Positions 37,543 to 48,875 of a DNA stretch of 54,388 nucleotides are shown here, piece by piece. Location of the stretch: positions 1 through 54,388 of the forward strand of contig KZ538679.1 in the NCBI GenBank assembly GCA_000934665.2, in the 5' to 3' direction. Both the position numbers and the translations under genes were made by a program. Origin of the DNA: Catajapyx aquilonaris (lineage: Eukaryota). Positions within the stretch are counted from its first letter, which is position 1; each line of letters starts with the position of its first letter. The notes under the pieces are model-generated. The model ran no database searches and was not told the DNA's origin. It was given only the letters and a program-made list of their open reading frames with translations.

Positions 37543-38518
37543 TATAACTTGCTGGGAAATATGTCTACACATAGGTCGAAAGGGTGCATCTTTCGCCACT
37601 AATTAAAAAAACCGGTCCGGTCCTATACCAATGACTACAGGTCCCAAAACGTCACCGCAATTCAGCCCCGAAGAAACGCACCCACTGAACCTAATACCAG
37701 CAGCTAATATTTGATAACCATTAAAATAACGGTTTCAAATAACTGATTAATTACAAGCAGCTTATGACCAAAGATATCTAACCACTACACAATGCAGTTG
37801 GAACGCATTGTACAGTAGAGAGAACTATATAACTTACAGCTGTAGACACGTAGAATCTTGCAAGTCCACAAGCAGAAAGTAAACAGACGTGATCGTCATT
37901 GATCATAATAGAGGAAATTTAAATTTTTTTAAAAATATCATATTACCCAAACTAATCAAACTAATCCGCACTGATTAGTGTGTTTATGTCATAGACATAC
38001 AAATCAGTGATCAGTTTGATAATCAAAGTCTATAAGGAGACTATTATAGACACACTAATCAGTGATTAGTTTGATTGGTTTGGTTAATCGTTAATATGAT
38101 ATTTTTTAAAATTTTAATTTTTGCTATATCTGTAATAGATCAATGACGATCACGACAGTTTACTGCCTACTTATAGCCTCGGAAGATTCGTCGCGTCTGC
38201 GGCATTGATTGTGAAAGTATAGAATATTTATTTCTGCTGTATAGACTACAATGCTTTCCAACTGCATTGTGTAGTGGTTATCTATTTTTGGCCATAAGCT
38301 GCTTGTAATTAAGAAGTTATTTGAAACAGTTATTTTAATGGTTATCAAATATTAGCTGCTGGTATTAGGTTCACTGATGGGTGCGTTTATTCGGGGCTGA
38401 ATTGCTGTGACATTTTGGGACCTGTTGTCCTTGGTATAGGACCGGGTTTTTTTTTAAATTAGGGGCGAAAGATGCACCCTTACGACATATTTGTAGACAT
38501 AATTCCCAGCAAGTTATA
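37543..38518. mobile_element. ~1-kb fold-back MITE with ~270-bp inverted arms enclosing a second palindromic element
   Basis: TATAACTTGCTGGGAA.TATGTCTAC...CAATGCAGTTGGAA (37543-37812) is mirrored by 38247-38518; the core 37842-38246 is itself palindromic and repeated at 27193-27535. Confidence 0.9.
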
Positions 38519-39619
38519 TACAGATATGTCTGAAATATATATTGTACATTGCAACATACGTCTCCTAATTGTCATTTGACTGCCTTTGCTACTGTACTGT
38601 TCCTATAACCCTGACCAGTACTTGAACTCTCTCACAGCATGGTTTGAGACCATATGTGTCCCCAATTATAGATAGGGGTACACAAGTTCCCAACGGGGGA
38701 TTTCCAACAAGTGATTAAATAAATCCGAACTTTTTTTTTTAATTCTTCCAGGATTATGATGATTCTAGGGTAGGCTTTAACATGAGGGGTTGACTCACGT
38801 GCTGGGCGTTGAGTTTGAAAATGCCCGTTTTGTGGCCGTGCGTTGTATCGGAAGGAAACCCGTGGCCGATCCGGATTGCCCCCCTACCAACTTCCCTCAA
38901 AAAAAAGATAGGGGGAGAAAAAAAAATCATTGGGGGAGGACACCCTCTATATCTTTCCCCCCTTCCCCCACTTTTCTAACTCATTTAGCGCCACCAGAGG
39001 AGGCCTCCCCGAACCTGCACTTAAGCAAATTAGGAACCCAGATCTAAGGCATCATTTCCATATGGACCACTACATTTTTTTTTTTATCTAACCCCCTCTC
39101 TCATCTTTCGTATCAGAATTTTCTAGCCCCAACCTAATCCTCGAAAGTCAGGAGGAATGCTCTTGGGATTAGATTCCTTTTTTTTTTTTAACGTAAGGCT
39201 AAAAAAAAAAAAGTCCAATCCACTTGTTGTTGATTGCTTTGTGTTTTATGGAAATTTAATTTGAGACGTTGGGAGTTGGAAGGAAAAGCGGGAAGGAAAG
39301 CTTCTCTCACCTCTCATTTCCATCTTGTTAATGCTCGAGACTATAATGGATTCAGCCACTTCTTCCCTCACATTTTTCATGGGAGAAAATTGCCAAAATT
39401 TCGAGTTACACACTGTTTTATATGAACTTATCACGCTATTAGGCTCGTCTTATTTTTTAGCGTTAAAAATAATGAAAGGGGGGTGGGGAGATTAGTGCTT
39501 TAAATATGGCGATATTAAGTCCTACATAATTTTGAGGCAGTTGGTTTAGTGATATCAAAAGTATTAGCTGCTAATATTAGCCTATATAGCTTGATCAAAT
39601 GATCATATAATTATGAAAA

Positions 39620-39905
39620 CAATTAATTGTCAGTTTAATTTAACATTAATTTAATTTTGTAATTTAACAGTACATTAATTTAATGTTATAATTTAACAGC
39701 AGATTAATTTAATGTTATAATTTAACAGCAGATTAATTTAATTTTGTAATTCAGCAGCACATTAATTTCATTTTGAAATAAAACAGCATATTAATTTTAT
39801 AATTTAACATATTAATTTTATAATTTAACATATTAATTTATAATTTAACATATTAATTTATAATTTAACATATTAATTTAATTTTATAATTTAACATATT
39901 AATTA
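39620..39905. repeat. AT-rich minisatellite (TAATTTAACA..TTAATTT units)
   Basis: About 11 degenerate 20-30-bp units, e.g. TAATTTAACATATTAATTTA. Confidence 0.85.
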
Positions 39906-41118
39906 TGAATCTTTACAATCATATGTAAGTTAGTTGACAATAGTTCCAGTAGGCTATTCTCAATCGAAAATTCTTTGAAATTTAACTCGGTCTAATATTG
40001 GCAACTAATACTTTTTTATAAAAAAAAACATAATCAGCTAGTGGCAAAAATTTCTAACGACTAAAATCATTTGAATTGCAATACCCTGTTGTGCATATGA
40101 ATATACAGTGACCGGAATCAATCACAAATTTTTGAAAATGAAGCTTAAGCAGCATTTTGTGATCAATTATAAACGCATGGCAGGATGAAAACAGTGGTAC
40201 GCCCTCAGTTTCATCATTCATAACTCAATTTCACAGCTTTTACACTAGAATTGAATCAACGTCGTCATGCACGTGTGCAATTAGTTTTTGCAGTTGTACC
40301 CGCGGTTTTAATTTAATATACAATAATTGTGCGCATCAAAGATCAAAGCCGCCCCCCCCCCCATACTATCGATAGTATCCATAGCTTTTTCCAGTACCAC
40401 ACGCAATAATTGATACACGTACTACTCATAAGGGAGGAAAACCTCGTGACAGGTGGGGACAAAAGAAGAATAATAGTTAGGTCCCCCCCCAAAAAAACAA
40501 ATATTCGGCCGAGTTGTTCTGGATCCGCCCCCGTCACTCATGAATACAATTTGGATTTTTCCTCCTCCTTTTCTGTCCTCTTTCTCTTTTTTCCACCATC
40601 CATCCCCTACTGTACGTCCTTTATTAATCCGCAGTGGCCGAAAGCGACGTGAAAAATGTTCCCGGCGGTTTTCTCAACCGTGTTTAACTCAATTTCTCTC
40701 GTTGCAAGCTGGATGCACGAGGGATATGGGCTGCATGGCCGCTGCCCATATTTCCCCCTTGGATTCCCCCNTTTTTTCTCATTTTTTTGTCTTTTCTCCC
40801 CTTTTTTTTTGGATTCGCTCTCTCGCGCATCAAATTTGCGATCATTTAGAACCCATGCTCATAACCTGACCTGTCGTTGGAGGGTGCAGTATCCACACAC
40901 TCAGCGTCCTTCGAAGTTTCTAGGAACACACACAATCCATGATGATTCTTAGAAAAAGCAAGGCTATAAATTGCTAGAGGAAAGTTGGCCTGTTATAAGT
41001 GGTAGGCAACTACGCCCTTTCTGCAAGGTTGCAATGTGCTAAATAAGGCTACCTTATACGATACTTATTGTACACCTTGTCCTATTCACAACGTGAGGAA
41101 TAATGCAGGTGTCAACTA

Positions 41119-41315
41119 CAGGGTGTTCCGAGTTCGTATGTCGTTTTTATTCATCACTAATATCGCTCGCCAGTAGTATATTTATGCCCCGAGCCAGGTG
41201 TCATATTCCTATTATTATAGAATATGACACTTGGTTCGGGGCACAACAATTAAGTTACACAAAAATTACAATATTAGGGATGACTAAAAGCGACACACGA
41301 ACTTGTAACACCCTG
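41119..41315. mobile_element. Tc1/mariner-type MITE (family B)
   Basis: TA|CAGGGTGTTCCGAGTTCGTATGTCG ... CGACACACGAACTTGTAACACCCTG; similar to 32982-33196. Confidence 0.85.
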
Positions 41316-41331
41316 CAGTCGATACTACCTA

Positions 41332-41658
41332 CACTAATATCGCCCGAAGTAGTTATTTTTGTGTAGCTTGTTGTGCCCCGAGCCACGTGTCCTAGGACAC
41401 CTGCTTGGCCGGGTCTTTTTCCGCTTTTCACCCGCCATGCCGGGGCAGAATTGCACTCCCTACTCTGCCCAGGGCCAGGAGAAAAGGTCTGGTGTATTTC
41501 ACAAAGTCAGAAATGACTAAAAATTACAGCGCCCTCCTTTGGGAACCTCCCCTTCCTCCCTAAGAGTGCTCCGCCCTATCACGGGGTATTTAAATAATAA
41601 ATAAATAAAATAGGACACCTGGCTCAGGGCATAACTACTTCGGGCGAGATTAGTGATC
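41332..41658. mobile_element. Family-B MITE core interrupted by a retroposon
   Basis: CACTAATATCGCCCGAAGTAGTTAT...GCCCCGAGCCA.GTGTCCTA mirrored by TAGGACACCTGGCTCAGGGCATAACTACTTCGGGCGAGATTAGTG. Confidence 0.75.
41404..41610 (+). mobile_element. 5'-truncated retroposon (LINE or SINE 3' end) with (TAAA)n tail and 11-bp TSD
   Basis: TSD TAGGACACCTG at 41393-41403 and 41611-41621; ends CCCCTAAG...CACGGGGTATTTAAATAATAAATAAATAAAA. Confidence 0.8.
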
Positions 41659-41696
41659 CCTGCATAACATGGTAGAACATAATCAAATAATCTATA

Positions 41697-41889
41697 TAGG
41701 GTGGTCCAAGTTCATGTGTCGTTTTATAACGGCGATTAATAGCAGTGATTTTGCGATGACGTAGCAGCGACGCGTAAAATGTCCCACTTCGGCGCATCTT
41801 CGGGCAATTTTACACGTCGCTGCTACGTCATCGTTAAGCGCTTCTATTAATCGCCGTTATAAAACGACACTTGAACTTGGACCACCCTG
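41697..41889. mobile_element. Tc1/mariner-type fold-back MITE
   Basis: AGGGTGGTCCAAGTTCATGTGTCGTTTTATAACGGCGATTAATAG ... CTATTAATCGCCGTTATAAAACGACACTTGAACTTGGACCACCCTG|TA; almost entirely palindromic. Confidence 0.9.
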
Positions 41890-42174
41890 TATAAATAAAG
41901 CCGTTTGTGAGTCTGTCTGTCTGTCTGTCTGTCTGTCCGCCTGCCAACCGTCATTTGCCTGCCATCTGTGCTCCACCCCCAGGCCGGGAGAGGATGGAGG
42001 TGTAGGGGTTGACTACAGATGGCAGGCAAATGACGGTTGCCGTTATACAGGCGGGAGAGGTTGAAGGTGGAGTAGCACGACCACAGATGGCATTGACGGG
42101 GCTACAACTAGCAGGTGTTTTCCCTTCATTCACTTCTTCCCGGGCAACGCCGGATGCCGCAGCTAGTATAGAAT

Positions 42175-42269
42175 ACAGCTGGCTCGGGGCACAACAAGCT
42201 ACACAAAAATAACTACTTAGGGCGATATTAGTGATGATTAAAAACGACCCACGAACTTGGAACACCCCG
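42175..42269. mobile_element. Family-B MITE right-arm fragment
   Basis: CTGGCTCGGGGCACAACAAGCTACACAAAAATAACTACT...CGACCCACGAACTTGGAACACCCC matches family-B arms; another fragment ends at 32892. Confidence 0.75.
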
Positions 42270-43324
42270 GACAAAATACGCTTCATCACTTTGGCCCTGT
42301 CTATTTCAGCCTTGAGGGGATATAAAAGTGTCAAAACGAGCTTGGTATATAGGAGTGGCTCAAGTGGGTGGTGATGATGAATGGTCCTCACTTGCCTACC
42401 TCCCATACATGCCGAAACAAACGGACCCAATATTACGCAACCTTTCCAATTGTTAGTACAATATTGAGTTATGTCAGGTATTTGGTGCAAATATATGCAA
42501 TTTTCAATTCCCGAGACCTGCTGACTGGTATGTCTTGTGGGGATTGCACATACATTCCCTGGGTGGAAAACATCAGAAAAAAGGCAAATAAATGCGTGTC
42601 ACCCTGTCGCTGTGGGTTGCAGCTCAGGAGAGAAGCGGCGGCCCATTTCCGCAAATGGTCGCTTTACGGCGCCATAAAAAGCGCGGGCTAACAGCAGCCG
42701 CGGGACTTGGCAGCAGTAGAAAAGGAGGCAGAAAGAGGCCATTTTATTGCCCTTTCGCGTGCCCGCCTTCATTTGTTCCCGCCTGTTTATTGAGCCCCAA
42801 TTGATTAACGTGCCTTGTACCTCGTAGTGTTTCGAAGCACCCACCCCCCCCATCCACCCACCCTGTACAAAACACGTGCAACATGGGGTTGTACATATAC
42901 TTGCGTATTCAAGCCTAATCATATTTCAGCCGTCTCCATCTGTCACCGCCATCTTAATATTGCATCTGAAGACAGGCTGAGACCGGGATTTATTATTTGC
43001 ATTGATCCTGATGCCAGACGGACTAATGGGGCCTATCGATGCCGGCGTGACGACGATGATGATGACGGTACCCCGGGACCACCAGCTTGCCGCTTCTGCT
43101 ATATTTCATCACCCACCCACTGGGAAGACAAGTATTCACGCCACACTTCATTCCACACCTGGCCAGACAAACAAGGGCAGACCTAGCAATATGTTCGCCT
43201 CACTAATGGATGACATTTGTCTACATATAACCCATTCAAAAAATTTGCTCCTTATTTGAACCAAATTCACTCAAAAAAATCGCCCAAGATGAGTTTGAAA
43301 ATTTTGTGATTCAAATTAGTAGCC

Positions 43325-43864
43325 TAGTGTGAATTTTCCGAGTCACAAGCCACTTCGGATATAGTAGACCTTCTTAAGGCACACTTCGGATATAATAGAC
43401 CAGAGTCCCACGTCAGATGATTCCAAACGTTATTTTAACCTTTACGTTGATTTCACGTCAAACTATCGTCTCAATGGTACTTTATAATTGATATTAAGGA
43501 GGTTGGCCCAGCATTGCCTTTCAACCTCCAAGGATAGGGAAGGAAGGAAGTGGCTGTGGCCTATTATACGGAAGCGACCCCGGAATTATCCTAGAAAGAC
43601 CGTGGAAAACCACAGAAAACCACGGTCAGGGTTGCCGGCCCCGGGATTCGAACCCAGGACCTCCCGATTAGCAGTAGGACGCCCTATCCACTATGCCAAC
43701 CTGCTTCGGTCGTCTCAATGGCACTGTACAATAGTCGTTACACTTCTTCAGTGACGTGAAAGGTGAAATTGATGTTAAAAGTTGTTAAAATAACGTCAGA
43801 GATCATCTGGCGTGGGACTCTCTACTATATCCAAAGTGGCTTGGGACTACGAAAATTCACACTA
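43325..43864. mobile_element. Fold-back MITE interrupted centrally by a SINE
   Basis: TAGTGTGAATTTTC..AAGCCACTT.GGATATAGTAGA..GAGTCCCACG.CAGATGAT mirrored by ATCATCTGGCGTGGGACTCTCTACTATATCCAAAGTGGCTT..GAAAATTCACACTA. Confidence 0.85.
43482..43711 (-). mobile_element. tRNA-derived SINE family 1 with intact 5' end and TSD
   Basis: 5' GACCGAAGCAGGTTGGCATAGTGG (A box) ... GGGTTCGAATCCC (B box); TSD GTCTCAATGG(Y)ACT at 43468 and 43712. Confidence 0.9.
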
Positions 43865-44959
43865 TACTAAAATTGGGTTCCATTATTGCATATGGGGTTC
43901 AGGAAGTGTTCGGGAATTAATTTTTTTTAAATAATTTTATAAAAATGTAACAGTGCCTTCTGCGAGTGCAGCTGACTCCTCAGCAACAATGAGAGGTATT
44001 TATTAATTATCCGCGAACAATGGTGGGTGATACAGGCAAGTTGGGTGAATGGTAGGAAAGATATGATCAATCAGATTAGTAGGAGGGTTGGCTGGCTCGC
44101 AGTTGAAAAGCCGCAGCTTCCCCCGATTTGCATAAGCCCAAGCAGACAGGCATTTCCTTATCTGAGCCAGTTGCCACTATAGTCTACACCCGGATTCACT
44201 GATTTCTTCCCTCTGGTATAGCCAAGCTGGAGGTTCATTGCTTGCTCTGAATGCAAATCTGCACCCCCACCCCACTCTCTCCTATCCAAGATATAACACA
44301 TCTTTTTCCTTTCCGCCGCTTTATTCCCGCTTCCTTGCGATTGGCTTCATCCTCGCACTGATTAAAATACATCCGTCGGGGATGGATCCGCCTAATCACG
44401 TGAAAAGTGTAATTTGCAGACATGAGTCCCCAGTGGGTTCCTTCTCGACCACCTTCTTCCTCGGATGGGAAATCAGACCTATTATGTATACGGTTTAAGG
44501 TGCTGGAAAAGGAGAAAACGGCTAGATTCTGATTGGGCCTCCCGGAAAATGTGGTGCAAAACAAGAAGGTAAGCAGCCGACTCATTTCCTCCGGAATTAT
44601 TGCCCGTGTTTCTTATCCCCTCCCGATGTAGGAGACGTCTTGCCGCATGAATTATTCAACCGGGCCAAGACTTAGGGCTTATCGCGAGCTGCTCTTGCTC
44701 CTTATGAAATGTTTACTCCGCAAACGACTTCCTTGGGGAAACTCAATCTGCCTGCCTCTCAGCCTTTTCTCCACCTAATCTCCCCAGTTTCAATTACCTT
44801 CCGATGTGATTAACAGAAACAACGGGATTCTTGTCTTATTGTTTTGCATATTCAAGCCTGGTAAATAGCTTGCAATCTAGTGCCAATTCTACACTCAAAG
44901 CTCTACGTGAATACTAGGTGCATAAAATTAAGTATTTAAGTCGATAAAATTGGTGCGGC

Positions 44960-45935
44960 GTGAATAAAATCATTTAGAGCCACGAACAAAATTATTCAGT
45001 ACCGGTACAGCGAATAAAATTATTCAGTACAGTGAATAAAATTATTTAGTACGGTTAGTAAAATTATTCGGTAGCCCTACAGTGAACAAAGTTATTCAGT
45101 ACGACGAATAAAATTATTCAGTACGACGAATAAAATTACTCAGTACGACGAATAAAATTACTCAGTACGACGAATAAAATTACTCAGTACGACGAATAAA
45201 ATTATTCAGTCCAGTGAATAAGAGTAGCTACGGTTAGTAAAATTATTCGTGAGCCCTACAGCGAACAAAATTATTCAGTACGACGAACAAAATTATTCAG
45301 TACAGTGAATAAAATTAGTACGGTTAGTAAAATTATTCGTGAGCCCTACAGTGAACAAAATTATTCAGTATGACGAATAAAATTATTCAGTACCGGGTAC
45401 AGTGAATAAAATTAGTACGGTTAGTAAAATTATTCGTGAGCCCTACAGTGAACTAAATTATTCAGTATGACGAATAAAATTATTCAGTACGACGAATAAA
45501 ATTATTCAGTACGACGAATAAAATTACCATGTAGAGCGAATAAAATTATTCAGTACCGGGTACAGTGAATAAAATTAGTACGGTTAGTAAAATTATTCGT
45601 GAGCCCTACAGTGAACTAAATTATTCAGTAGTACGACGAATAAAATTACCATGTAGGGCGAATAAAATTATTCAGTACATTGAGTAAATTTAGTACGGTT
45701 AGTAAAATTATTCGTGAGCCCTACAGTGAACAAAATTATTCAGTACAACGAATAAAAATTAATTATCATGTACAGCGAATAAAATTATTCAGTACGATGA
45801 ATAAAATCATATTTTAGAATGGCGAATAAAAATATGTACAATAGTGAATAACGGTTTTAGTATGATGAATAAAATTTGGAATGGCGAATAAAATATTCTA
45901 GTGAATCGCTTCTCAATTGTGATGAATAAAATTAT
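44960..45935. repeat. 22-bp satellite array with higher-order structure
   Basis: Unit GTACGACGAATAAAATTAYTCA in tandem, interleaved with the recurring block GTACGGTTAGTAAAATTATTCGTGAGCCCTACAGTGAAC; edges are degenerate. Confidence 0.92.
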
Positions 45936-47183
45936 TTCGAATCTGGTTAAAATTATTTACAATATAATAATATTACGCTGGGTGCATGCCTGCATGTTTT
46001 CATACATGTTGAATTTTCAACGTGGATTACGCACATTGTTGTCGCTTAGTTTTTTGGGGGGTAAAAAGCTAGTAGCATGCGGTTTGCTTTTAAAATTTGC
46101 AGACATTCCATTTTGTGCGCAGTAATTCGATTTTCTGGCGAGCTGAATGGGGTTATAAACTCCATTCCCCTCCTGTGAAGAAGAGGGAGAAAAACTGCGA
46201 CTAGCGTAGAATTTCACTCGTGTTGGCAAATTTTCTCCCCAGGAAATTTAGCTTTTTAAAAACAGCCACAAAGGAGCGTTAATGGAGAGAGAATAAATAC
46301 ATTATATGGCTTTAAAAAAATGGCTTTCTTCCCTCGAGCACCCAAAATTGCATTTAAGCCATTGTCATTTCAGATCTCTTCCTCTCTTAACACTAGAAGG
46401 TTCGTAACAGATGGCAAACTTACTGTGACGCCATTATTTTTCTTCTTCTCAAATTTCATTCAAACTCTAACTTTCATCTGTTTCTAATCTGACTATTAAA
46501 TCCTAAGAATCGATCCAAAAGCCACTTCCAGCTGACGTTTTGTAACTCTTGTATTATTGTGGGGACCATCCAAAAAGATAAATCGCACTTAAAGCCAAAA
46601 CCCTTTGATGAATTCCGCATTGAAAGTAAGGGGGGAGGGAGTTACCTAAATGAGCGCAAAAGACAAATGACGGTCGTGATCCAGATCTTTTCCCCCGAAT
46701 CATTAAGTGACGGAGTTCATGTGGGTTGAAAAGGTGCAAATGGGGATTTACGCGCCTGCAGGCGAGGGTTGGGGAATTAATGGCCAATCTCAGCATAAGT
46801 CATTCCCTCCCCCCCTTGTTCCTCCTCCAACTCACCCCCCCCCCCTCTATACCCGAGGACTATAATCGCCTGGAGGCATATCTGCGACACGCGATTACGG
46901 CCATTAGACCTTCAAAGGATGCGTCCAAATGATATTTGTCTCCTGCTTTGTTTCAGAGCCCCGAGGAGGATTCCCGCAGTCACAGAAAGGGTTACTGGAC
47001 TGATTAGACCAGACCTAAATGACTCGGAGCCAAGATGCAGCTATCACAAATTTTTACGTCTCTTCTAATCTAATTGTGTGAATAAAAATCTAATTAGGAA
47101 AGAAAAACCAGTTCGGGAGGTAATAGACCGCGATATTATCTGCAGATAACATAGATTTGCATTGGGACGAACTGTTTGGTCTG

Positions 47184-47450
47184 GACCGAAGCAGGTTGGT
47201 GTAGGGGATAAGGAGCCCGCCTGCTAATCGGGAGGTCCTGGGTTCGAATCCCGGGGCCGGCGACCCGGACCATGGTTTTCTGTGGTTTTCCATGGTCTCC
47301 CCCAGGACAATTCCGGGGTCGTTTCCGTAAAAATAGGCCACAGCCACTTCCTTCCCTATCCCTAGTCCCATCCAATGGTGGTAATCCACCCCCCTAAGGG
47401 AGCCAAAGGCTCTACCACGGGGTATGATAAATAAATAAAATAAATAAATA
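47184..47450 (+). mobile_element. Full-length tRNA-derived SINE family 1 with (TAAA)n tail and 14-bp TSD
   Basis: GACCGAAGCAGGTTGGTGTAGGGG...GGGTTCGAATCCC; tail ATAAATAAATAAAATAAATAAAT; TSD AACTGTTTGGTCTG at 47170-47183 and 47451-47464. Confidence 0.93.
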
Positions 47451-48750
47451 AACTGTTTGGTCTGGTGCATGTGGCCCACCTGTACTCGCTTTAAAATTTA
47501 ATTTTGGCATACGACTAGAATCGTACCACAGGTCACGATCGCGGATGACGCCAAAACCACTGCGGTTGAATCGCAAAACCGCGACAGTGTGCACTGCTTA
47601 TTGATATGCAAGTGTGCGTTGCAAACCTGGCATGAATAAATCACGTACATCTGGGGTGGGGACGATGGGAGCCAAAAGACGAGGGTAAAATTGAGGGGGA
47701 GGGTCAAATATATATATATAAAAAAATTTCAAAAACTAAGTCCGGACCTGAGGTTTACCTCTTCCACCTGCTAATGATAGGGTTAATAGGTGACGCCCAC
47801 CTCCACGATCCTCCCAAGTCTTACACGAACCCATCATCAGGCTAAGAATCACCTCACGCACCAAGAGTTAATAATCAATCGCTTGTTTTTAGGGAGTTTG
47901 TGGGNNNNNNNNNNNGACCCGTTCTGTTTGGATCCTCCGGTATACTGACAGTGGTATACAGTGTGTGCTATCAGGTCCTAGAAATTCCTAGGTCATTAGC
48001 ACACTGATTTCACAAGCAACAAAAGGGTCACCCATTAAGTACGTCACGCTGGTAGGGGTGATAGCGTGACGGACCGTGACATGGAGCCAGTAGGGGGGGG
48101 GCTCAGTCAAGCGTGACGTTACGCTTAAAAGTCAGGCAGCGTTTAATATTTTTTTAAATAAATTTACTGTAACCGGATGAAAAGTATCACACTATTAAAA
48201 TTGCACCAATAGGCATCAAGGTACACACCATCAGAAGTGTGCAGATGGATGAATCTATAATGCAAGAGCAACAAATGGCCAGTCTCCCATTTGCTGATTT
48301 TGGTTCAGATAGCACCACTTCCCCCCCTCCTAGCCCCAGCATATACCTGCCTGCATGGGTCCTAATAAGCACTGACCCTCGCCCGTGACATTTGTGTCAA
48401 TCTGTGGGCAGGTTCTAGGACCCACTTGCAAATACAATATCCCCCCCCCCCCNNNNNNNNNNNNNNNATGCCTCTCTCTTATTTGGGGGGGGGGGGGTGG
48501 ACACACAATTATAGCTTTCTACGGCTCCGGGGTCAAAAGGAGTCACGTAGGCGGAAGGTATAATAATTACATGCTTAGTAAGGTCCAGGTTTATCTGGAA
48601 CCATATCAATAACGCGTGGAACCAGACTGATACAGGGTGGTCATTTAAAAAATGGCCAATATTATTTTGATTTTTATACGCCTTTGGGTGAAATATCTGT
48701 CAGCTGACTATCAGTTTTTGTCAGTCAAATCGACTTTTAAAAATAAAATT

Positions 48751-48875
48751 TTTATCCTCCTGAGACCCGGAGTACAGTATACTGTACCTTTGTTTTTTAC
48801 ACGTTTGAGTTAGTCAGAAGGTGCTGGAAAAAACAAAGGTACAGTATACTGTACCAGGGGTCTCAGGAGGATAAA
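48751..48875. mobile_element. Small palindromic MITE (possibly piggyBac-like ends)
   Basis: TTTATCCTCCTGAGACCC..GTACAGTATACTGTACCTTTGTTTTT ... AAAAACAAAGGTACAGTATACTGTAC..GGGTCTCAGGAGGATAAA. Confidence 0.8.

Noticed and set aside
44960..45935. CRISPR-like array of short palindromic repeats
   Set aside because: Units are directly tandem or separated by recurring, non-unique blocks; no cas genes; eukaryotic context.
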